From assembly GCA_030141605.1 (NCBI GenBank), contig JAQGDQ010000036.1, positions 496,001 to 560,000 on the forward strand: a stretch of DNA of 64,000 bases. The letters run 5' to 3'. The translations under genes and the position numbers were made by a program. The stretch is from Tubiluchus corallicola. Taxonomy: Eukaryota > Animalia > Priapulida. Below, one piece after another: positions 23,575 to 35,500 of this stretch (the stretch's first letter is position 1; each line of letters starts with the position of its first letter). The notes under the pieces are model-generated. The model was not told the origin of the DNA and made no database searches. It saw nothing but the letters and a program-made list of their open reading frames with translations.

Positions 23575-26500
23575 ATGGAAACTATCAGCCCTGAAAGTCC
23601 TCTATCAGATAAAGAAAGCCAGGACAATGACTTAGATTATGGCGAAAGAAGTGGAAATGATGTAATATTTAATACATCCAGTGAAAACGTGGATGCAGCC
23701 GAACAAGTTTCATCTGAAGAAGAAAATTTTGAAGGGTTGGAAAATGAAAAAGTTCAAAAAACAGATAAAAATGTTAATAAAAGAGATTCATCTATTAATG
23801 ATTCTGATTTTTTGAATAGTTCTTTACAAATGGTTGAAATTAAAAAAGCAGAAGAAGTGTCTTGTAACAGTAAAATGTCCTCTGGTAAATTGGAACAGGA
23901 TGCTTCTGATGGAGAGGTGTCTGACTCTGAAGACGAAATTGCTAATGCAAATGTTCAGGAAGGTAATCTTGTTGACAGTGATCTTGATACAGTGTCAGAT
24001 GTGTCCAGTAAAAATTTTGAAAACTTGCCAAAAGCATTTTGCAAACCTGCACAACTAGTTTCTTCAGCTGAAGAAGGAGAACTGGAAGACTCACAAGATG
24101 CACCTTCTAAAGCACCCTCTCTAGAAAAGAAATTTTCAAAAATTCTTTTAAAAAATGTAAGAAATAAATCTGAGACAGTTGATGAAGCTGAAGAAATCAG
24201 TGAAGATGAAGAGGGTTTGATATCTGATTCAGGCGAAGAGGGCGAGTTACCTGATTCAGATGAGGAAAAACAAAAAAGGCGTTCAAAATCAAGGAAACAA
24301 GAACTCCTTGAAGAGGCAGAAGAAGGAGAAGAAGAACTAGAACCTGGAGAAATTACAACGAAAAGTAGACGAAGAAAAAAGAAGCCCAAAGAGGATTTGG
24401 AGGAAGGAGAAGTGGTATGAAATTATGGAATTTAAATTATGTGTTGCAAAGTGATCTTGATTAAACTAGTGTAGGCTGGCTTGACTTGCTCCGACATTAT
24501 AAGATTAGCTAGCTCCATGTGATTTTATTTAATATTAATTAAAGTGTGGTAATCTATAGGTAGAATTAAATTCATATTTTGTTGTCTGATATTTAAGCAT
24601 ATTTTGGGTAGTAGAAGTGCATGTGAGTAGTAAACCTAGATTACATTTTCATCTATCCTTAGTATTTGAGTAGCTTATATTGTGAACTTCAGAAATGGCC
24701 ATATGACTTCTAAGTTTCCTGACATTCATCTGACAGGTAATTATTGTTTCATAGAATTGCTGGAACAATCACACTTGAAATATTATCACTTTTGCAGTCA
24801 TGAGAAGTTGCTTGATTGCAACCTCCCATTTTTTGCAGGTCGATGATGATGATGACAATGATGAAGAGAGTTCTGAACGAAGTGATCTTGATGAAGGGGA
24901 AATTATTTCTGATCGTGAGGTGAAGCTATTATTAATATGTATTAAATGTAACTGAGATAATCACAAACTGTGGTTTTGTTCTGTTTTATTTGGTTTTGTT
25001 TTGCAATTATATCTTCAAAGCCATTCGGAGCTTTGCAGTTGTTTGACAAAAAGCCCGTGTTTGCATCTTTAAGTTCATTGCTGTTGGTATTTGAATTTTT
25101 GTCCAACTTTGAAGATACACCGCCTAATACATTTTCTATAATACATTTGTGTTTAGACTAACTAGCTTTTTCTAAAAACATTTTGGTTCACAATCAAATT
25201 TTACAAAGAAATATAACAACTTTTTTTTAATATACTCATTTTTTAATACCTGTTATTGTTAATGCGGGAAAGGTTTAATAGCATTTTAATGTCATAAATT
25301 TCACAAAGAAATATAACAACGTTTTTAATATACTCCGTTTATTTAATACCTAGCATTATTAGTGAGGAAAACGTTTTGTAGCATTTTATCCTTCCACCCA
25401 AAAAAGTGTTGGCAGTTTGCCAGTCAATGGTTCTCTTATCCTTTTCAAAATGTTTTTGTATCCATAAAGAATAGTTATACTCTGTATTTAAAGTATTTTT
25501 GTTATTCATGTGACTTAGCAACAACTTTGATCTTCATAATTTTCTTTGCTTCAAAAACTCACTGGTGTTAGCTAAATAACTTCATACATCTTGTTAAATA
25601 GTATGTTGTTGAGCCCTTGTTGTTCCTTCAGAGATTTTGAGTTATTCATTTTAGAAATTTTTAATGGAGACAGAAGGGAGCGCCAGATTGATGCTTATAT
25701 TTTGACCCAAGTTCAAAAACTAATCTTTGTTCCTGACCCAAAATAAACTTGAGATTGTTAGTTTTGCATCTCTACTTGGTTGTATTGTTTAGCTGAATAG
25801 AAACCAAAAACAGGTGATTAAAATATGCGCGCAATTATTAAGAAAAAGTATTCGATGACATTTACTGTCAGATTATTAAGCATATTAGTTATGTAGTATA
25901 ACAATAGTTTTTGGCTTACTACATACTTATAATAAGCGGCTTAGCTATGTTTTAGTAAAATAAAATTAATACATGATACGATAAATGCATTTGCTCAAAA
26001 CTACATCATAAATTAAGCTTTTACAATAATGCGTGATATAACAATAAATCATACCTAGTTATGTGGACCTCGGGATATCTTCAGTTAGGAGCCTTCAGGC
26101 GATAACCTAGCACTTGGTGGGCTACTATGCCAACTCGACTTAATACTGGTTAAACAAAAGTTAAGTAGCTTCAGAAGAAATAGAGTAGGTAGTTCATTTA
26201 GGTAATTAGGCAGAATACCAAGTAACACGGTCTACATGCTTATTTAGGAAAGGTCTGTTCATTAATGAATCTGTTTGCTGGGGCAGATTTAAGCAACGAG
26301 GGTAAATAAGAATAAACACTGCGTCTCGAAATTGTGTAGTTCTGGGCAGTTTTTTCAAATCACATTCTTTTCTGAGCAGTGGTATCTGCTGTGTTTTTGA
26401 CAGTATTGCTTATGTCTGTGCTTCGCACAGTTTGAAATGATGTTGTGATTCTTAGCTATGATCATTACGATTTACATAATTAATGATGTCTATTTTATTT

Positions 26501-29500
26501 TAGATTGATAGTATCGCTAGCAAAGAAGACCGTGGATTTCAAGAACATGAAGGTTATAAGTCTCCACCAAGAGCAACTTGTCGCTTTTTTAATAGAGGAC
26601 AGTGTTTCTGGGGCCAGAATTGTCGTTTTGCTCATATTGCTGGTGACCCTGGCAAAGGTACAGCTTTTCCAAACTTTTCAGTTATGTTGTTTAGAGTAGT
26701 ATGCATTATAAATAAACTTAAACTTCAAAACTATAACCAGTGAACGGTAACATTATAGAAAATGTTTGTGGTAACAACAAATAATTCTTGTTAGTAGTAT
26801 TTTACAAACAAATATCACTTAAATACCAATCAGACCACATTGCTACTTACCATTCATATTGTAATGCTATATGTGAGATTTTCTTAATATTTCAATACCA
26901 ATTGATGAAAGGTTATTCTTAGGAAGTTTGAGTTTTTCACTTAATCAGTTTTCGTTGCAGCCATGTGTTGCTGAAATTAGGACGCTTTAGTAATGTGCCT
27001 TTCAATGTTTCACCAAAGTGACACTATATTGCCCATGCTTATCAATCCAGAGTGTTTCAGCACACAGCAAAGATGCCACGGACAGATCAAATGATCAAAG
27101 CCAATGTTTAAATTTTAAATTTTGCTAAAAAACAAATTCTGCAAAATCACTGTAATTTTTTGCAAAGTACGTAAGCTAAGTACTGCAGTGATGTCATAAA
27201 ATTTTTTATTTAATAGAGGGTAAGCTTTATAGATTTTTGGCTCTGGAGCATGTACATTATTTGTCATGGATGGCATGGTCCCATTTAATGAAATTACACT
27301 TCACCTGGCATTTTGTTGGAAGGCTTTACTGTTATTGAATGAGGACTTGCTTTATCTTCGAAGAGGACTGAGTCTGTTAAGGGGCTTTCGGTGTTTTGTA
27401 AATCTAACTAAATCTATTGGGATGATAAGTTATGTTTCGTTGGCAACTCACTTAGAAAAGACACCTTCAATTTTAAAGTATGGACTGATAGGTTACCTAG
27501 TGCTTATGGTATCTAATGGTAGAAGCAGCTGCAGAGCCTGTTAACAATTGGTGTATTAATTTGAGTTGCCACATTTCCCTTTTTGTTTTATGTTGAGAAA
27601 TAATTTCGCTCTAATATGTCGGATAAGTAATTCTGTTTTTGAATATAGATAAAGTTTAACCAAGTTCTGCAATTTTTAAAAGGACTGTAAAACAACAGAT
27701 TTTGTTTTGGATTATGATTGTGTTGTATTCCAGCTGTTAACTACTGACATTTCTAAGCAACTGTGGAAATGTGCAACAAATGAAATTGCTTTTTGCACCA
27801 AGTTGTGCAAAATGTTCTGATATTAATTAGGCTAATCTCTTAGCCCTCATACTTTATGGATAAAGGTGCCGAATGAAGTTATAAAGAAATGTTTACTGTA
27901 GGCAGCAAATCGTAAATTCATATGAGCTAATTTAATTTAGCTCAAAACGTATTAAATAAAAATGTCTTTCTTTTTTAACTTTGTTTTACTTTTTTGACTC
28001 ATCTTGTCACAAGTGTGTATTTCAGATAACTATTGCCGTGTGACAAACATTAACATAAATGGTGTTTGGCTTTGTTTCTATTATATGATTTGTTTGAATA
28101 TTTTTTTCAGGTTTTCCAGTTAGTGGGCCACCTTCACAACAAGCAAATAAACCAATAGTTAGTAGCCCACCATCTGCACATGTACTGCCAGATAACTGGT
28201 CTGCTCCACCAGTGGAAGTGCCTGAAAATGGAGAAGCTTTTCCAGTTCCCCCGAGCTCCCCTCCAACTGAGACTGCATGGGAACGAGGTCTCAGAAAAGC
28301 AAAAGAGGTATTAAAACAATTTTATTTCAAATACCAGTGCGAGGTACTTTAATCTTTACAAAGTAACCCGCAAAGCAAGATATCGTAGCAAATAACAGCT
28401 ATTTAGCCTTGCAGTTATTGAGTAGTGTGATATGTCAGCTATTTTATTGGTATACTGATACTTCGAAACATACTGAAATAGTTTAATGGCTTCAAGAGAT
28501 GATTTACAAATATGTAATTATAATATTTCAACTACCTAACAGCAGTTATTCTCAAAAGATAATACAAGTTTAAATCTAAAAAATAAATTATCTCTTGTCC
28601 CATTAAACTATTTTACTAGTACCAGCTACTTTGGGAACTATTTCGTTTCCATTGCATTAGTACTGCTTATCATCAGCAACATTGTCAGCATCGGACCTTA
28701 GGCCTAAATTACATGTTTGTGCTGTGTTTTGCACAAATTAAGACTGGCTGATTATTGTTTAACTGCTGTATAGCTTTGTGAACTTGGTTGCTGATTTTCT
28801 ACAATTGCTGTAACTGCTCACAGTGTATCTCTAGAAGTATTTTGCTTATTTTCTGAAATAAGGGCGATTTAATCTTCAGCTACAGCAACTGGTTTCAGCA
28901 GATGTCATCATGCCTCCTCTAAATTCATTTTCAGCTGCAGATTAAATTACTATTGTTTATCACTGCAAATGTGCACATATCTTTATATATCTTCTTTTTC
29001 ATAGGCTTTGAGAAATGCGAATATGAAAAAGGAAATGGAACCAGATTATGAAGATAAGTGTCTGAATCTTACAGTTGAAGGGCCAGAAGTAAGACCAGTA
29101 GAATCTAAGATTGAGATTGATGTAAAGCCTCCAATACTCTCCCCACGTTTAGATACTAAACCTCAACCTCGTGGGTAATGGCACTTTATGTTTGTCAATT
29201 GTCTTTATATTTTAGTTATTGTTAATATAAATAACATTTGCTTGCATACCTATCTTACATATGTTGTTTGAATATTTACCTATCTATCTTACAATTTCTT
29301 AGGCTTCAAGATGAACCATTTCCACCTGCCCCATCTTCTCATGTTTACGAAAACTTTGAAGTTCACCGAACAGAGTTTGACAGGCACTTGGAAAGACATG
29401 TAAAGGTTTGTGCAGGCTTCTGCTTTGTGATTGCTAACTGATTACTAATAACCGTTATAGTTTATTAATTATGAAAAAAAACGATCTGGTCTGACATCAT

Positions 29501-32500
29501 TTCTGTGAAAAGAAAATGATTAATGCTTTGTAGTGTTAGATACATGGATCATTACATATGTAATTCGTATTGCTACTAAATTGTCTTAAAGCTGCAGATC
29601 AAAGTTATATTTGTATGTTTCTGAAGATTTCGAGTGGTAAACTAGAACTGCTTCGTCTTGCACCAGAATGTTATTCCATGATCAGTGTGATGTACTTTAT
29701 ATTGACAGCCACAATGTTATATAGTGCAGCAGCTATTTTTTATCGTGAGCTGTTGCAGCAGAGGCAAGATAGTTTTTTCGCGTATCTTGCACCATGTTTC
29801 AGTGGATTTTATCGCGCCACTGCAGTGTTTTATATGATGAACTTTTATTGTGAATGGATGCCACGAGATTTCTTACAGATTATCACTGGTTATGAGACAT
29901 GCTTGTTTCCACAACTAACTTTTATCTTAGTGTCCAGTGAAGGTCGTTGTAGACTTTAGTGCCTACTTTATTTGTGCAAGAGTCGCCTGCATCTCGCGGA
30001 TTCAAACTACCTTGCTATTGTTTGGATAAAAACATTGCAAATGAACTTATCGTATAATTCTTGTGGTGGGTATTTTCGAGGTTATTGCTGAGTTTCAGTG
30101 AAATTTGCTCTTGTATGTATCTACTACTTATTTGTGATTCTTTTCAACACATTTTAGTACTTGGTCTGTGTTTGATTAGTCAACCTTTAGCATGAAACAT
30201 TTGCACAAAAATTTTCGCAATGTGTTAACAAATGTAGACAATTGCAGACAATTTTAAATAATCTTTGCTAATTATGTGCATTCATATTTCTCTATTACAA
30301 GTTTTCAATCTTGCGTTATCTATTTATAACACCTAGTGTATTTTTTCTATAATATCTATGGCATTTGTTGTATAAATCTTATATCTGTATGCTTTTCAAC
30401 TAATGAATCTGACTATTTCTAAAGGAAAAAGAAATTGCTATGATGGACAAGAGGCGGCAGAAAGAACAACGAGAACGAAGGCCTTCTCCACCTGTTGACA
30501 AGTAAATAATTTTGTTGTTGTTTTAGTAAGAATTTACAGCTTTGTGCTTTGTTCTCACTGATATCTGCGTCATTTGTTATGCAGAGTTTTTAGTAATGCC
30601 TTATTATTAATATTGATGCATGCTTTGTTTTATATTTTTAAAGGTATGGAAGACACAAAGATCTTCGCTATTCAAGAATGGCCAAGGAGCCACTGCAAGC
30701 TAAACCTAAACGCCCAGATGAATGGCACGATCCATGGAGAAGGTATGCTACCATCTTTTCTGGTATCTACTTAGCATTTTATAAAATTTATTAATTTAGC
30801 TCAAAGATTAATAACATTTTTTGATGTACACAATATCTCAGACTGCATACAAGTAAAATTAATTAATTTATAAAAACCCCGAGGGAAAAACCAGATTTGT
30901 ATTAATACATAAAAGCACAATGAAAAAGATACACCTTAAGATACTGACAATAAATTTACATAGATAATTTCACAGTGAGATGCAAACTAAAACAGTGATA
31001 ATCCAAGGCGTAGTAAAATTCTTATAAATAGATTGCATAAGTGAAATATGAATTCCCTTAATGATTTACAATCAATGAACTTTTTAATTCATGTACATTA
31101 TGTTATAGGCCTGATATACGTCTTCATAATTGTGTTTTTTGATAAAAAAATGTGTCTGCCTTTTTGTAAACTCAGTCCACAGAATTCTTAACTTTATCTG
31201 ATACTGCTATTTTTGAAGACTATAAAATACATCTTGTAATGACTGTGTAGATAATCAGATAAAAAGTGCTCTGCAAAATCTTTGCAAACTTTAAACTAAT
31301 TATGTATAGGCAACACTTAGTAGCGAGGTTTACACGTTAAACAGATAGACTTGCACAGACATTCTCTATGCACTATTTCTATAGGTCCACGACACCAAAG
31401 AAAAAATTAGGATCAAAGTCGCCACACCGACGTCGAAGGTCACTGAGCTCATCGTCTGCATCTTACTCGGGTTCTTCAAGGTAAAGTCAAAAAGGAGTTT
31501 TGATTGTTCATGTTCATTTGCATTTGCATATGATATAAGAGTAACAGCTACATGATTAGGTGTTATTTTTATATTTGGCTTATATGACAATTTAAAGCAT
31601 GTAAGCGATAAATACAGCGTACAGCACAAAAATGATGTTCTAAATATTTAGAATTATGAATTCTGTACATTGGTATATCTTGAACCTAATGAATTTATCG
31701 TTTATATTGTTTCAGATCTTCGTCATATTCATCTTCAAGCAGATCATCGTCGGGTAGCTCATATTCCAGTTCATACAGGCAAGCAATCTGTGCAGCAATA
31801 ATTATTTTTAGTTAATTGCATTATTTTTACTTATTAAGGTTTTCCGTAGCAAATTTTAGATTTTTAGAAAGGGGGGTGCCAGAATGTTTAATGTATACTA
31901 CCGCAGAGCACTGGAGAGGTGGGCATGGGGGGTTCTCCCACAGAAAAATTTTGGACCGGTTTCCTGAAATCTGAGTGCATCTGTATCCAAAATAAGCAGG
32001 GCCATAACACCAGTCATTGCTTCAATTTCGAGAAATTTGCCGGTAAGTCCTCATTCTGAGATCTTTTTAATTTCCACTTCGACTTTAAATGTCACAGTGA
32101 AGTGAAATGAATATTTGATTTTACTGCGACATAAATTTACTTATGTTACATACACTACAGATTGAATGAAGATGAAAATTTCTTTCACCCCACACTGGAT
32201 GTTCATATACTCGCCCAATAAAGTAACAAAGTTACGATTTCAATTCCAGGGAATGGACAGCCAGCTTCCTCCTCAGTCAGTCAAACTCAGCTTACTCGAG
32301 TGCGGCTGGGATTCCCCTTTCATGTAACTAAGAAGTGCGCGTTCAACTAATTTAGCATTTCAACAGTAAGACTGCAAGGGCGACTAAGTCTTTCTTCTTT
32401 CTTCACACTTCATAGATGGACATGGATGTATTCTGAAATAATTTAGTCGTGGCAAAAATCGGGGGTGGTTTCCACTGCGCCCCCTCATGGATCTGCTTGT

Positions 32501-35500
32501 GGTTCTCAGAATCTTCTTGTTGTAATTGTACTTCAAAGTAAAAAAAGTTGGCAATACTTTGCTTTCCCCTATTTTTTTAAATTACATGTCATATATTTTT
32601 GAATGAGGTTAACATTCAGTCATCATATTATTTTCTTGAGAATAAATGAATGTTAACCAGCTGATTACTACTTACTGTTTTTCATGCAAGAACCAGGGAA
32701 TTGGAGTGCGGAGAGTAATGTATTGATGTAAATTCTTGCATAAATTGCTTTATAAATTTCACCTAACATATGCTGCTAAATATGACTGGCATGGAGGGAG
32801 CAATTTGTATGCATTATTACAGGACAAAAACTGTATGAATATTGTTAACTAGAGGCAAAGTGTTAACAGCTAAGATGGAAAAAGTATGTGAAAATTGAAT
32901 ACGTATATTAGTATATTTAGTTGCCCAGGCAAACACTCGAGGACGAGATGTGTCATAGCTTTTACATCATGGGAAAAAAAGTATCAATGATGGCGTAGTG
33001 ATTTCCGAGAGCGGATCACAGGGTGAAAGACGAAATTTTTGAATATAAAAATATCTTTAGGGGTTCGTGAATCATATTGCTTCACATTTTTTCAAATTTC
33101 AAATTTTTGATTAAATTACTTTAATAAGACATGGCAAATGTTCTGAGCTTACGTTATATTACAGTTTAGTATCCCTTTAAATTCAGAACAAGCTCAAGAT
33201 TTCAACAGAAAGGCAAAACTCAAATCACAACTTCCATCACCAGTTTATTATGTGTAAGAGTTCAAAATATTCAAAGATTGTTTCAATGCCTGCCTTGGTT
33301 CATTGAGGTCATGCCTAAAAGTACAACATATCATACTGAAAGAGTGAACAAGTTGGGTATATTTTATATTGGGGATAATATTTGTATTTTTACTTCTTGA
33401 TACTCATTTGCTTTCGCGCAAGTCATTCACTGGTAATTATTCCAGCAGCAGATCTTCCTCTGGCTCAAGATCGCCATCACCACGACGACGTAGGCAAGCT
33501 TCTGGGCCTAGATCAAGTAAACATCCTCTTATAGGGAGCATTAGAACTCCAGCACCAGTGACTCGTACTACAGCTACACTAGGAAATAATGTTACAAAGC
33601 CTATCCATCATACCAGGAAATTAATGTAAGGGAAAAATATTTAAGTTCTTTTTTGTGCTATGTGGCAAATAATTGTATGTGTAATAGCATAATGTTAAGT
33701 ATGTCAACAATATTAAGAAATTTTCCATCCCATAAAGGTTGTGGTCAATAAATTATATTTTAAATATTGTGTATTATTTTTATTATTGGTCATTTTAGTT
33801 TAACCACATGACTGATCTTCATGCTAAATCAAATATTGTTAAATCCCACTCATGTAGTTTTAAAAGTAGTTTAAATGGCATCCTGTTTATCCGTAAGTAT
33901 AAGTTTGCTAAAAGGGCATTGATTTTGAAAAACGAAGTTATGTATAATAGATCTATTTAGTTTATGTTTTCATAGCGTTGATATGTGTCAACACATCAGT
34001 GATTACTGTTTGGAAAGCATTTGCTAAGTGTTCTATATGAGAAACATGTCTACAAGCATCTAATTTTCTCACTGTGACTCCACCAAGGGTGGTACTGACT
34101 ATCACTGACTATATTTTTCTCATTTCACATATGCTTTCAGGCATCTGAAGCCGCCATTGGATTCTGCCATTAAAAAAGTCTCACCTGATGTAGTAAAACA
34201 GGCTGATAGGGGCAGACAATTGACAAGACCATCTGTGTAAGTATATACTAATGAAAAATGTTAAAATGATGACTGTAGGAATTCTACTAACATGCTGGCA
34301 GTAATTTTTTTTGTTAACCATTAAAATTAATGCAATTATAACGCATTGTACGGCGTTTACGTGTGGTAACACGAAGTGACTTTACGAACGCAAGTACAAA
34401 CAAGGCTGTTTTTTGTAAAATAATAAAGAAAATTTCAGGTTCTGTGGAATTAGCTTTAATAAATAGCGTCTTTTTGCATTCACTAGTGCAATAAGAGAAA
34501 CTGAACAAGTGCTGTTATTTATACACAGAAAGTCCTCTCTTAAATGACTCCTCATTTAGCAATATTTCATTTTAATGATGCTGAACATTTTACACCTCTT
34601 TCTCACCCAGGGACGCATGTTTTGTTTTTCAGATGATTTTTTGAATTGCTTAAAGCAATTTTCGTTTTAACATTGGAATGTTTTTCCTAATTTGAAGCTC
34701 TAAAAGACAGCTTATTACAGTATTCTGTTTTAAAAAACTGCTAGTAAAGATACATTACAATATATATGTTTTTCTTTCTATGGCATATATTTGTCACCTT
34801 TAAAGTAATTAAGTCATCTTTAAAAAGTCACATCATTTATGTCTTCAAAACTTTATTCATGATTGCATTACTAAATACCATGTTACCGCGTGTTAATGCT
34901 ATCCAAAGACTAGTATCAGTAATGCACGGTGTTTATATGTATATACACATGTGATAGAACCCTTGATCAGCATCTTTTCCTAACACTCCAAATTGTGTAC
35001 CATATTACTATTAAACAATACAAGTGTCACACAGTATGGTAACTTTTCCTTTTACGGATACCGTTTAACACAGCATTTCTTGACAGGATTTATGAGCATA
35101 ACTATTAACAGAAATGTTAGTGCTGTGCTTCATTAATAGTTTAATGGTGCCTATAGGAACATTGATTTGTTATATTTCAGTCTAACAGTATATGCTGAAC
35201 ATATACAAGCATAGTTTTACATACCTATTATTTGGTTTATAGCAAAGATAGAACTGGACCAATGCCAATGGTTTCTGCTCGTGCTGATTTAGCAAAACTC
35301 AGACCAGGACGGCCATTGGTATCTGAAAGACATAAACTTTTGGAAAAGTTCGTACAATAATCTAATAATTACGTGTTTTTGCGCATGTTGGTGTATGTGG
35401 TTTTAGTAAGGATACCAAAAGATGTACAAAATTCTTCATTATTTAAGTTCGTTTTTGTTTTGTACTAACTTCTTTGCTATGTAATATTTGCCTGATTTTT

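Noticed and set aside
23955-24389. 144-aa Ser-rich antisense ORF
   Set aside because: Antisense shadow of the Glu/Asp-rich first coding exon of ZC3H18.
29570-30010. 129-aa intronic ORF as an independent gene, or the region as RNase P RNA or a C/D snoRNA
   Set aside because: The ORF has a TTG start and no recognisable family. GAAGATTTCGAG and ATTCAAACTAC only loosely resemble the RNase P conserved regions and do not form the P4 helix. An ATGATGA C-box is present at 29834, but there is no suitably placed D-box with a terminal stem.
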